A DNA stretch of 61,751 nucleotides, the filler included. It is 8 parts of 8 records of this genome, joined end to end, with 100 filler letters (N's around TTAATTAATTAA, not from the genome) between each part and the next. Parts side by side here need not be neighbours in the genome. Positions count along the whole stretch, not along the records: positions 28,166 to 35,251 come from SRR31156797_59439; positions 35,352 to 43,616 come from SRR31156797_59453; 6 more parts are not named here. The stretch is one strand, 5' to 3'. The translations under genes were made by a program, and so were the position numbers. The number at the start of each line of letters is the position of its first letter. The first letter of the stretch is position 1. Shown here piece after piece: positions 30,531 to 39,917 of the stretch. The notes under the pieces are model-generated. The model ran no database searches, had not been told where the DNA came from, and was given only the letters and a program-made list of their open reading frames with translations.

Positions 30531-32780
30531 ATGCCTATTCCGAAATATCGACTGGATGACAGAAGTTTCGACGACCTGGTCAAAGAGCTGGTGGCACGAA
30601 TACCGTCCCACACGCCCGAATGGACCAACCCCCAGGTCGGTGATCCGGGAATGACCCTGATCGATCTTTTCGCATGGCTGGGTGATACCCTGCTTTACCG
30701 GGTGAACCTGCTGCCAGAACGGCAGCGCCTCGAATTTTTGCGCCTGCTGAACATTCCCATGCGGCCGGCACTGGCCGCCACAGGCCTTGTGACCCTTGAA
30801 GTGACCAACAAGGACAGGTTCTCCCCTGTGGTGATTCCCCAATACACCCGGATCAAAGGTAGCGTGGATTTTGAGACCGCCGAAGAGATAACGGTCATGC
30901 CCTTCTCCGGAAAGGTGTTTGTCAAACGGCGACCATCGGAACAGGAAGGAGAGGTGATCGGCACGATCAAGGAAGAGCTGGAAAAAGTCTATGACATCGG
31001 AACCGGCAATGGGGAACAATACATTACCACGCCCATGTTCCATGATCCGGATAAAAATGGTTCAGGACTCGACGTGGTTAAGGACACCATTGATCAAACC
31101 TTGTGGATTGCCCTGCTGGCTGCAGATGAAGATCCCAACCGGGTTGACCGGGTTCGGCAATCACTGGATCCGGATGAGCATGGATTCAGTATGATCCAGA
31201 TCGGCATTGAACCCCGGCTGAAAATCCCTAAGTTTGATCAATATGTTCAGCAGGCCGTGAGCATGGCCGATTTCTGGCAGTGGGACATGCCCTCCGGCCG
31301 GCATGACAACGATGATATGGCCTACACCATTCCCTATCTTCCCCTGGAAATATACGATGATACAACCGACGGATTTGTTAAACAGGGGATTGTTCAGTTG
31401 AAACTGCCGTCTTCTGCCCAAATATCCCTGCCGGAAAACAACGTGGATGAGAACATCTATGCCGGGACGGGCAATCATCCGCCCCGGATCGACGATGAGG
31501 CCATTGCCAAACGGCTGATCACCTGGATCCGGCTCAGCCCCCGCCAAAAGAGCGAAAGCCTGGCCCTGGACTGGGTGGGAATCAATGCCGTGAAAATCGA
31601 CCAGTTCAAAACCATCCGGAACGTGATTTTATCCACGGCGGACGGCACACCGGATTTGACCCTGCCCTTGCCCGGTACATCGGTGCAGGCGTCAAGTTTC
31701 AAACTCCAGGTTGAGGAAAAAGGGGTGGGATACAAAAATTGGCACGCCCTGCCTCTTCATATGGCCGGCCGGACCGACTGCGTGTTTGAACTGGACAGCG
31801 AAGCCGGGACAGTCACATTCGGAGACGGCCTTCGGGGGGCTGTTCCCGAAGCCGGTGCCCGGATCAGGCTGGAACGAATGCGGTATGGCGGGGGGGTAAA
31901 AGGCAACATGGCCCCGGGCAATCTGACAGCTGTCAGCAACCCTGACCTGTCCGTGATTCAGGCTGTTCCCACCCAGGGGGGTATGGACGCCGAAACACTG
32001 GATGAGGCGGAAAAGCGAATTCCGTCTGTATTGAAACATTGTGACCGGGCCGTGACCCAAGAGGATTACAAACTGATCGCATCCCAAACCCCGGGCATTG
32101 AACTGGGCCGGGTGGAAGTGCTTGCCCAATTCAAGCCCCAGCAGAAGTTATTTGATATTGTCGGGGTGATGAGCGTCATGGTTCTTCCCAAAGGGGATTC
32201 CCACCGTCCTCCCAACCCAAGGCCGGACCGGAACATCCTGGCCCGGGTCCACCACCATGTGGATGAGCGGCGGCCCATCGGGGTGGAACTATACGTAATC
32301 GGGGCCGAGTATGTCCCCTTAGGATTAGGCGTATCCGTGACCCTTGGGGAAGGTGTGCCCCGGCAGCAGACACTTCAGAATGTAAAAACCGCCTTGTATG
32401 AATTTCTTTGGCCCCTGTCTCCCGGGGGCCATCTTAAAACCGGCTGGCCTTTAGGACGCCTGGTTGACAATCAGGAACTGGCTGTGATGGTGGCCCGGGT
32501 ATCCGGGGTGCTCACTGTGGAAGGGGTGAACCTGTTCAGGCAAAATAGTGAAAAACAATGGGAGCCGGTACAAGGCGGTACTGAACAGCGGATGTCCCTT
32601 TTGGCATGGCAGCTGCCCGAACTTTTGGACGTGGTAGTCGTTGAAGACGAAGATCCCGTCACCGACCTGGATGAGGCCCTGGGAAGAGAAGGCAGCAGTC
32701 CGGGAGAATGGGATCAAACCGAAACGGGAGGTGAGGGAAAGAAGATCGCCATCCCGGTGGTGCCGGAGATTTGTAAATGA
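30531..32780 (+). CDS. Putative baseplate assembly protein (baseplate-J/gp6-like, eCIS type)
   Basis: LDDRSFDDLV.E...RIP.HTPEWT....GDPGMTLIDLFAW, FGDGLRG..P, GG.D.ET, RAVT.EDY and GWPLGR motifs (TIGR02243-like by recollection). Confidence 0.9.
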   Translation: MPIPKYRLDDRSFDDLVKELVARIPSHTPEWTNPQVGDPGMTLIDLFAWLGDTLLYRVNLLPERQRLEFLRLLNIPMRPALAATGLVTLEVTNKDRFSPVVIPQYTRIKGSVDFETAEEITVMPFSGKVFVKRRPSEQEGEVIGTIKEELEKVYDIGTGNGEQYITTPMFHDPDKNGSGLDVVKDTIDQTLWIALLAADEDPNRVDRVRQSLDPDEHGFSMIQIGIEPRLKIPKFDQYVQQAVSMADFWQWDMPSGRHDNDDMAYTIPYLPLEIYDDTTDGFVKQGIVQLKLPSSAQISLPENNVDENIYAGTGNHPPRIDDEAIAKRLITWIRLSPRQKSESLALDWVGINAVKIDQFKTIRNVILSTADGTPDLTLPLPGTSVQASSFKLQVEEKGVGYKNWHALPLHMAGRTDCVFELDSEAGTVTFGDGLRGAVPEAGARIRLERMRYGGGVKGNMAPGNLTAVSNPDLSVIQAVPTQGGMDAETLDEAEKRIPSVLKHCDRAVTQEDYKLIASQTPGIELGRVEVLAQFKPQQKLFDIVGVMSVMVLPKGDSHRPPNPRPDRNILARVHHHVDERRPIGVELYVIGAEYVPLGLGVSVTLGEGVPRQQTLQNVKTALYEFLWPLSPGGHLKTGWPLGRLVDNQELAVMVARVSGVLTVEGVNLFRQNSEKQWEPVQGGTEQRMSLLAWQLPELLDVVVVEDEDPVTDLDEALGREGSSPGEWDQTETGGEGKKIAIPVVPEICK

Positions 32781-35224
32781 TTGATGTCAATCGCCAAAAA
32801 TTCTGGATGTTGTCCGAACCCGGGCAGTTTGATCTTCAAGATCCGGCCGGGTCCGTGGCGTGGTGCCGGAAAAAGGCCCACCCGGTGCTCCGCATGAAAC
32901 GCACCCGGACCCTTGAACTCATACCCCAAAATTCAGTTCAGGCCCGAATTCAGGCTCGATTACTTTCCAATCAGCCCCCGTCCACGGTGGATGCTTACGG
33001 CACCTGGGCGTATGTGGTGGATGAAATGCCCCACAAAATCCTTGGCGGTGGTGTGTTTCCTGATCCCGTGGAAATTATTACCTTTGCCGAAACCGAGCGC
33101 GTCGTGGACATGTCCATGAATCCCGAAGGGGTGCTCTATGTGATCAGCCGGGATGAAACTGATATTTCCACGGTTTATATGGTCAATCTTAAGGGGGCCA
33201 AGCACGATGGAAAAAACGCATTTCTTGATGATGAACAAACGGCTGAAGATACCAATGTGGCCTCGGTTCGGTTTCCCCAGGGCGACAACCAGCCGGATCG
33301 GATCGTGGCCCTGGCGTCCGGAGGCGCCCTTTTGCTGGACCGTGAACACAATACATTCTGGCAGATCGTGGGCAAACCCATACGGGAGCAGCCCTTGGCC
33401 ATGTATCCGCCTGAAACGCCAAGACCCTGTGCCGACGGTCCCATGCCCCAGGAACTGATTGACCGACCCGATTTAATTCTGCCCGAAGGATTTGAGGTCG
33501 TGGATATGGCGTCCAGCCCTGAAGGCGAAACTGCGGTACTCCTTTTTCCGCCGGAAGCCGAGCCGGACAATCCCGCGGCAATAGTCCTGATTGCCGGGAA
33601 AACCGTTAGTGCGCCGGTTTATCTGGACGGGGTCCCGGCCCCATTCAGCATCGGCTGGGTCCGGGAAGATGAATGGACGGTTTTATGTGAGGACCAAAAA
33701 GAAGCCTTTGGTTTTACCGTGCCGTTTTTGTCCCAAACGCCCGATGAACCGGTCAGGGTCAGCGGAATTCGGTATCCTTTAAACTGGGGCAAAAATAACA
33801 GCCAAAAAAATGCCCGGCTCTGTAATGGACTGTCCCAGCCGGTGTGCTATCCGTCCACGGACAAACAGGGGCATTTTATGACCCGCTCCCTTTATCCTTT
33901 ATCTTTTCCATCCTATCCAGCCAAGGTTACCGTTTCGGCAGCCCATATCATCGACAGCGGCGAACCTCATACGGTGTGGCACCGGCTGTTGCTGGAAGCG
34001 CACCTTCCCAAAGGCACGGGTGTAATTGTCCATGTCTCGGCCAGTGAAAACCGTGTAGAGTTAGAGAACGATCCTGAAAGGTTTAATCATTATTTCGGGG
34101 CGGCTACGGGCCCAACAGATGCCCCCCGGGGGACATGGATCAGTGATACATCCGAAGTTCCTTTTTTCCCCGGGCTCCTTGCCGATACCCCCAAGGACGG
34201 CACAGCCGGCGTATTTGGCGTACTTATTCAGCGGTACGGATATGAAATCCGGTCTTTGAAAGGGCGGTATCTTAAAGTCGACATGACCCTGACCGGCGGG
34301 GGCCAGGCTACACCGGAAATTGCGGCCCTGCGCATCTACTATCCCCGGTTTTCCTACCTGGACCGGTATCTGCCTGAATTGTACAGGGAAACCGAAATAC
34401 GGCAAAGGGCCAAAACAACGGGACAAGCCGGCGGATCTGATTTCTTACAACGGTTTCTTTGCTTGTTTGAAGGGATGCTCACCGATATGGAAAACCGGGT
34501 GGCCGCGTCTCATATACTGACCAATCCTGTTTGCGCCCCTGCCCAGGTTCTGGACTGGCTGGGACAGTGGGTGGCCCTGTCCGACGATGACGGCCTGTCC
34601 GAAGAGAGGAAGCGGTTGCTTATCCGCGAGGCCACGGCCCTTTACCGGAAACGTGGCACCATCAAAGGCCTGGCCCGGACCCTGGAGCTGGTTACAGGTC
34701 TTCAAGGGGAATTTGTGCTGTTGGAGGATTTCCGGCTCAGGCGGACCTTTGCCACTATTCTGGGCCGTGATTTTTCCATTGAAAATGACCCGCTGCTCAT
34801 GGCGGACATTCCCAATGCCAATTCATATTTGGGGGATACCCTGATCCTGGGACAAGAAGAAAAAAAGGAGTTTCTGGCCCTGTACTGCGTTGATATTCCC
34901 TGGGACAACGGGGACCAGGACGTGGTGGACAATTTTTATGCCCGCCTGGGAAACCGGTTGACGGTGCTGGTACACAAGCAGGTCACCAAAGAAACCTTTG
35001 GTTTGATCCATCGTGTCGTGGCCGGGGAAATTCCGGCCCACATTGAATTCCGCGTGGTACCGGCCACCAAACCCCTGATCATCGGCATCTATTCCCTATT
35101 GGGCGTGGATACTTACACCAGAAATGAACCCCGGCGCCGCACCGCCCGTGTGGGCGAAAGTTACCTGGGGCGCTATGATTTTATACGCAAACTGCCGGTT
35201 TTGGATGAACGCCTGGAACCGTAA
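32777..35224 (+). CDS. Phage-tail (P2 gpI/gp7-like) baseplate protein with long N-terminal extension
   Basis: YLPELY, FLQRFLCLFE, LDWLGQWV, LYRKRGT..GL and E.PAHI motifs in the C-terminal third. ATGA-type overlap with the upstream gene. Confidence 0.85.
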   Translation: MIDVNRQKFWMLSEPGQFDLQDPAGSVAWCRKKAHPVLRMKRTRTLELIPQNSVQARIQARLLSNQPPSTVDAYGTWAYVVDEMPHKILGGGVFPDPVEIITFAETERVVDMSMNPEGVLYVISRDETDISTVYMVNLKGAKHDGKNAFLDDEQTAEDTNVASVRFPQGDNQPDRIVALASGGALLLDREHNTFWQIVGKPIREQPLAMYPPETPRPCADGPMPQELIDRPDLILPEGFEVVDMASSPEGETAVLLFPPEAEPDNPAAIVLIAGKTVSAPVYLDGVPAPFSIGWVREDEWTVLCEDQKEAFGFTVPFLSQTPDEPVRVSGIRYPLNWGKNNSQKNARLCNGLSQPVCYPSTDKQGHFMTRSLYPLSFPSYPAKVTVSAAHIIDSGEPHTVWHRLLLEAHLPKGTGVIVHVSASENRVELENDPERFNHYFGAATGPTDAPRGTWISDTSEVPFFPGLLADTPKDGTAGVFGVLIQRYGYEIRSLKGRYLKVDMTLTGGGQATPEIAALRIYYPRFSYLDRYLPELYRETEIRQRAKTTGQAGGSDFLQRFLCLFEGMLTDMENRVAASHILTNPVCAPAQVLDWLGQWVALSDDDGLSEERKRLLIREATALYRKRGTIKGLARTLELVTGLQGEFVLLEDFRLRRTFATILGRDFSIENDPLLMADIPNANSYLGDTLILGQEEKKEFLALYCVDIPWDNGDQDVVDNFYARLGNRLTVLVHKQVTKETFGLIHRVVAGEIPAHIEFRVVPATKPLIIGIYSLLGVDTYTRNEPRRRTARVGESYLGRYDFIRKLPVLDERLEP

Positions 35225-35251
35225 AACTCGATCATCAAGTTTTTAGGGAAT

Positions 35252-35351
35252 NNNNNNNNNNNNNNNNNNNNNNNNNNNNNNNNNNNNNNNNNNNNTTAAT
35301 TAATTAANNNNNNNNNNNNNNNNNNNNNNNNNNNNNNNNNNNNNNNNNNNN
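35252..35351. other. Artificial contig spacer
   Basis: N44-TTAATTAATTAA-N44. Confidence 0.98.
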
Positions 35352-36351
35352 CAGGCAGATCCAGCAGCTCAATGCCTGGCTGCCGGAGATCGGCACCCCG
35401 GACGAAGTGATGCTGGGCGCCCTGCCCTTCTTCCATGTCATGGGGCTCACCGTTGCCATGAACTTTCCCATCTTCAGGGGATGGGGGACCGTGCTGGTGC
35501 CCAAGCCCCAGCCCGACCAGCTGCTGGAGGCCATGACCCGGTTCAAGCCCACCCTGGCCCCCCTGGTGCCGACCATGTATATCGGGCTGCTCAACCATCC
35601 CAAAATCGACAACAGCGACCTGACCTCCATCAAGCTGTGCATCTCGGGCAGCGCCCCCCTGCCCCAGGAGATCATCACCCAATTTGAGGAAAAGACAGGC
35701 TCCACCATCATTGAGGCCTTTGGCATGACCGAGTCCTCCCCGGCCACCCATGTCAACCCCTTTGGCGAGGGCAAGCGAAAAATCGGCAGCATTGGCGTGC
35801 CCCTGCCGGACACCGAATGCCGGATCGCCAACCTTGGGGACCGTACCCTGTCCATGCCGCCAAACGAGCCGGGGGAACTGGTGGTGCGGGGCCCCCAGGT
35901 GATGCGGGGCTACTGGAACATGCCCGAAGAGACCCGGTCCACCCTGGAAGATGGGTGGCTATACACCGGCGACATCGCCCTGATGGACGATGACGGCTAC
36001 TTCTTCATCGTGGACCGGATCAAGGACATGATCATCTCAGGCGGGTACAATGTCTACCCCAGGGACATCGACGAGGTGCTTTTCCAGCACCCCGATGTGG
36101 TGGAAGCCTGTGCCGTGGGCATCCCCCACGAGACCCGGGGGGAGCAGATCAAGGCCTTCGTGGTCCTGAAGCAGGATGCCCGGGTCACGGAGAAGGAGAT
36201 CATCGATTTCTGCAGCACGCGCCTGGCCGTGTACAAGCTTCCCACCCGGGTGGAGTTCAGGGAAAGCCTGCCCAAGACCAATGTGGGCAAGGTGCTCCGC
36301 AAGGATCTCAGGCAAGAAGCCCTTGAACGGATCAGCACCCCGAGTAGATAA
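35352..36351 (+). CDS. Long-chain-fatty-acid--CoA ligase (FadD-like), 5'-truncated
   Basis: LPFFHVMG, SGSAPLP, EAFGMTESSP, GWLYTGDI, DRIKDMIISGGYNVYP and LPKTNVGKVLR. Confidence 0.92.
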
Positions 36352-37300
36352 TGCGGTCCCCGTCCAGGTGCCTGGCGATCCTGTTTGACTTTTCAAGGTA
36401 GTGAAGATGGGAGATGGCTTCCCCGGTTGCAAACCATTTCTGTGCAATGGGGAAGTCGTCCCAGGAGTCGGCCCGGATATCCCAGGTCATCCGGGAGGCG
36501 GTTTCATAGGCGTCCCGCTCCCCCTGGGCAAGAATTCCTTCAACCTCCCCGAGCCGCGCCATGTGGTGGGCCTTGAGCTCGTCGATCCTTTTTTTCATGT
36601 CCGTGAACAGGCTCCTGTGGCCGGGCACCACAAGGTCCACCGGGAGCGGATACACCTTGTCAAGGCTTTCAAGGTAATCGTTCAGCAGGTTTTCATCCTC
36701 CTCCCAGCACTGGATGTTAGGGGTGATGTCCCCCAGGATATGATCCCCGGAGATGAAGATCCTGTTTTCCGGCTCATACAGGCAGATATGACCCAGGGTA
36801 TGGCCCGGGGTCTCGATGCACCGGAGGGCGTACCCCCCCACACGAATCTCGTCATTGTCCCGGATCACCCGCATGCCCGGCTTCCACTTGGAGCCGTGCT
36901 TGAACCCGGGATGGTTCTCCAGGGCCTGGCGCAGCTTTTCCGCGGGAAACCCGTTGACCCGGGCCGACTCGAGCATGGGCTCCCACCCCTCCCAGGACTC
37001 CAGGAGTTCCGCTTCGGGACGGTTGAAGTAGATCCGGGATTCCGGCGTGAGCAGCCGGTGCAGCAGCCCGAAATGGTCCGCATGGAGGTGGGTGATGAGG
37101 AAATCGGTCCGGTGCCGGTCGATGCCAAGCTCGCTCAACCCGGCATCCATGGCGGCAAAGCAATCGTCATGGTTCAGTCCGGTGTCGATGACAAGGTTGC
37201 GCTCTTCGCCCCGGATCACCACCGAGTTAAGGCATTTCAGCGGGGTTTCGGGCAAAGGGATCTCAATGCGGAAGATGTTGCGCGCCAGGGTTTCAATCAT
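36332..37300 (-). CDS. MBL-fold metallo-hydrolase
   Basis: THLHADH, PGHT.GH, SGDHIL, PGH and a C-terminal winged-helix-like tail. Confidence 0.9.
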   Translation of the reverse strand: MIETLARNIFRIEIPLPETPLKCLNSVVIRGEERNLVIDTGLNHDDCFAAMDAGLSELGIDRHRTDFLITHLHADHFGLLHRLLTPESRIYFNRPEAELLESWEGWEPMLESARVNGFPAEKLRQALENHPGFKHGSKWKPGMRVIRDNDEIRVGGYALRCIETPGHTLGHICLYEPENRIFISGDHILGDITPNIQCWEEDENLLNDYLESLDKVYPLPVDLVVPGHRSLFTDMKKRIDELKAHHMARLGEVEGILAQGERDAYETASRMTWDIRADSWDDFPIAQKWFATGEAISHLHYLEKSNRIARHLDGDRIIYSGC

Positions 37301-37415
37301 GGTGGGGTCTCCTTACGACCGGAGTCGTTGTGTCCAGGGATTTGGGTGAGAAAAAACCATGTTAAATCATTATTTTGTTGACAAAACTTTGTCCATAACC
37401 TTATGTAGATGAATT

Positions 37416-37529
37416 ATGAACTATTATCAAACGGAAATTGTATTTTCTGCGGCATGTAACGCTTCTGCCGCGTTTAATTGGTGGCGCACCTGGACCCATA
37501 GGGATGCCCGCACACTTTTTTCGGTCTGA
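37416..37529 (+). CDS. Trp-rich leader peptide (TrpL-like, 37 aa; absent from ORF track)
   Basis: MNYYQTEIVFSAACNASAAFNWWRTWTHRDARTLFSV*, with TGG codons at 37479, 37482 and 37491. TTGACA lies upstream at 37378-37383 and attenuator hairpins follow. Confidence 0.8.
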   Translation: MNYYQTEIVFSAACNASAAFNWWRTWTHRDARTLFSV

Positions 37530-37625
37530 TAATATACAAAAGGTGTAATAACAAGAGGTTGCGGGCACAACGCCCCCAACCTCTTTTTAGTTTTTGGGTT
37601 GTGGGCTTCACCGCAACCTTTTTTT
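37505..37625 (+). promoter_or_regulatory. Transcription attenuator with antiterminator and two tandem intrinsic terminators
   Basis: T1 stem 37553-37566/37572-37585 (13 of 14 pairs) plus T-tract. T2 stem 37597-37604/37611-37618 plus T7. TGCCCGCA (37505-37512) is complementary to TGCGGGCA (37560-37567). Confidence 0.8.
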
Positions 37626-37676
37626 ATTGCTGCAACAGGTGTTTGGTGATACTAAAAAACGGTCATGGAGGAAAAC

Positions 37677-38693
37677 ATGCTGATAGTAATGAAAAAAGGA
37701 ATCAAAGACGAAAATGTCCAATCGGTTGTCAAAGCGGCAGAAAAAAGAGGGCTCACAGCCAGGCCCATCCCCGGCGGAGACAGGGTCTCCATCGGCATCC
37801 TGTATAACAAGGGATCGGTGGATGCCGCGCATTTCATGGGCCTTGAAGGGGTCAAGGAGGTTATTCCGGTGACAAAGCCGTACAAACTCGTGAGCCGGGA
37901 ATTCCAGCTGGAAAACACGGTGGTATCCATAGGCGACGCCAGGTTCGGCGGCACGGACCTGCCCGTGATCGCAGGCCCCTGCGCCATTGAAAGCGAAGCC
38001 CAGGCCTTGACCATCGCCAAGGCCGTCAAACAATCGGGGGCCGCGGTGTTCCGGGGCGGGGCGTTCAAGCCCAGGACCTCCCCCTATTCCTTCCAGGGAC
38101 TCGGCGAAGAGGGCCTGAAGATCCTCGCCAAGGTCAGGGAGGAAACCGGCCTTCCCGTTGTCACCGAAACCATGGACGTGGAAAACTTCGACATCGTGGA
38201 AGCCTATGCCGATGCCGTCCAGATCGGCACCCGGAACATGCAGAACTACTCCCTGCTCAAGCGGGCCGGCCGGTCCAAGCGCCCGGTCATCCTCAAGCGC
38301 GGCATGTCCGCCACCCTCCAGGAATGGCTCATGGCCGCAGAATACATCATGGAAGAAGGCAACCCCCAGGTGATCCTCTGTGAACGCGGCGTCAGAACCT
38401 TTGTCAGGCACTCCCGGAACACCCTGGACCTCTCGGTGGTCCCGGCGGCCAACAAGGAGACCCACCTGCCCGTGATCATCGATCCCAGCCATGCGGCCGG
38501 CGTCCGGGACCAGGTGATCCCCCTCGCCCTTGCCGCTGCGGCAGTGGGTTCCGCAGGCATCATGGTCGAGGTTCACCACAAACCCGACGAGGCCCTGAGC
38601 GACGGCGCCCAGTCCCTGCTCCCGGAGCAGTTTGACCAGCTCATGAAAAAGGTCAACGCCATCCACGCCATCACAGGCACAAAAGCCCTGTGA
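37677..38693 (+). CDS. aroF: 3-deoxy-7-phosphoheptulonate (DAHP) synthase, type I-beta with N-terminal regulatory domain
   Basis: IAGPCAIES, RGGAFKPRTSPYSFQG, QIGTRNMQN, LKRG, CERG, DPSH and ALSDGAQSL. GGAGG RBS precedes the ATG at 37677. Confidence 0.93.
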   Translation: MLIVMKKGIKDENVQSVVKAAEKRGLTARPIPGGDRVSIGILYNKGSVDAAHFMGLEGVKEVIPVTKPYKLVSREFQLENTVVSIGDARFGGTDLPVIAGPCAIESEAQALTIAKAVKQSGAAVFRGGAFKPRTSPYSFQGLGEEGLKILAKVREETGLPVVTETMDVENFDIVEAYADAVQIGTRNMQNYSLLKRAGRSKRPVILKRGMSATLQEWLMAAEYIMEEGNPQVILCERGVRTFVRHSRNTLDLSVVPAANKETHLPVIIDPSHAAGVRDQVIPLALAAAAVGSAGIMVEVHHKPDEALSDGAQSLLPEQFDQLMKKVNAIHAITGTKAL

Positions 38694-38777
38694 ACAAACG
38701 GATGCCACGGCATTCAACCCAATAAACCCAACGGCCGGCTTTGGCCTTGATATACTTAAACGAAAGGGATTTTCACC

Positions 38778-39644
38778 ATGGCAATCAAAGGTATCAAGGC
38801 AAAGCTGGTCGATGTATTTGCCGAAAGTAAATTAACCGGCAACGGGCTGACCATATTTTGGAATTATCAAGACCCTTCCACCGAAGAGATGCAGGTCTTA
38901 ACCCAGGAAATGCGTCAATTCGAGTCCATCTTTGTTCAAAAAACGCCGGAATCCAATCATTTTCGAGCCAGAATATTCACCATGGAAGAAGAGCTGGATT
39001 TTGCAGGCCATCCCCTCATCGGGCTGGCCGCCCACCTCCATGAAGCGTACGGCACCCGGGAAGCGCACGAATGGCACATCGAACTCAGGTCCAGCAGCAT
39101 CCGTCTCACCAGCCACGCCAAAGGAGATTACTATTCGGCGTCCATGGACCAGGGCGCCCCCGAGTTCATCAACGTCTTAAAACCATCAGAACGCCTTGAG
39201 GTGTTATCGGCCCTCAACCTGGGTGAGAATCATGCGGCAGACATGCCCCCGGAAGTCATCTCCACAGGCCTTCCCTATTTAATCGTTCCCGTCGTCAGCG
39301 GCATAGAGCAGGCAAGAATACAGACCGGGAATTTTGAATCCCTTTTAAATCGGTATGGCGCCAAGTTTGTCTATGTCCTGGATATCAACACCTTTGAAGG
39401 CCGTACATGGGACAACGAAGGAAAAATGGAAGATATCGCCACGGGCAGCGCCGCCGGGCCTGCTGCCGCATTCCTGTTCAAAGCAGGTTGTGTATCCCCC
39501 GACAAACCGTTTCAGATAAGCCAGGGCCGCATGGTCGGCAGACCAAGCAAAATAGACGTTTACTTAAAAGCAAACAAAGATGAGATAAACAACATCATTG
39601 TCAGCGGTGATGTCTATAAAGTAGCATCAATCTCGTTTGAATAA
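38778..39644 (+). CDS. PhzF-family isomerase/epimerase
   Basis: VDVF....TGN, RARIFT.EEELDFAGHP, STGLPYL, EDIATGSAAGP and QG..VGRPS. Confidence 0.88.
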   Translation: MAIKGIKAKLVDVFAESKLTGNGLTIFWNYQDPSTEEMQVLTQEMRQFESIFVQKTPESNHFRARIFTMEEELDFAGHPLIGLAAHLHEAYGTREAHEWHIELRSSSIRLTSHAKGDYYSASMDQGAPEFINVLKPSERLEVLSALNLGENHAADMPPEVISTGLPYLIVPVVSGIEQARIQTGNFESLLNRYGAKFVYVLDINTFEGRTWDNEGKMEDIATGSAAGPAAAFLFKAGCVSPDKPFQISQGRMVGRPSKIDVYLKANKDEINNIIVSGDVYKVASISFE

Positions 39645-39798
39645 GTGATTTCTTTCAGCGGACATAAAATACCGCGCAGCTGAGACCGAGGCAATAGTAA
39701 CCGGTCACGTTAATCGTTCCAGCCATCTTTTCGCGAATTTTCATTATTCCCTTGACGATTTCATTTTAATATGCACAGATGTGGTATCCATTATTCAT

Positions 39799-39870
39799 AT
39801 GTTAAAGCCAAACTCTGAGCGATCAGAGGACGGAAAGCCACGGGTCATATAATGATAGCCGGGTTGCCAT
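39799..39870 (+). ncRNA. Cyclic di-GMP-I (GEMM-I) riboswitch aptamer
   Basis: GCCAAA-CTCTGA-GCGA-TCAGAG-GACGGAAAGCCACGGGTCA-tataa-TGATAGCCGGGTTGCC: P2 with a GNRA loop, GAC.GAAAGCC junction, P3, and a short P1 (ATG/CAT). Confidence 0.88.
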
Positions 39871-39894
39871 CAAGGTGACTCGGCTTTTTTCTTT
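39857..39894 (+). terminator. Riboswitch expression-platform terminator
   Basis: AGCCGGGTTGCC-ATCAA-GGTGACTCGGCT followed by TTTTTCTTT. The 5' arm is the aptamer's 3' strand. Confidence 0.85.
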
Positions 39895-39917
39895 AGGAAG
39901 GAATTTAAAAGGAGTAT

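Noticed and set aside
28166-35224. Canonical T6SS
   Set aside because: The baseplate proteins are phage-J/gpI type with eCIS-like N-termini, not TssF/TssG/TssK. A prophage is less likely but not excluded, because the contig is short.
37677-39644. Phenazine biosynthesis cluster
   Set aside because: There is no phzA/B, D, E or G, and the DAHP synthase is type I-beta rather than the type II PhzC.
39640-39715. Integron attC-like remnant after the PhzF gene (CAGCGGAC...GCAGCTGA)
   Set aside because: There are no properly paired RYYYAAC/GTTRRRY ends and no integrase or second site.
8449-39870. Functional link between the diguanylate cyclase and the c-di-GMP riboswitch
   Set aside because: They are on different contigs and possibly in different organisms.
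39799-39870. 3',3'-cGAMP-sensing GEMM-Ib variant
   Set aside because: The discriminating base at 39807 is G, not A, so c-di-GMP is the better call pending assay.
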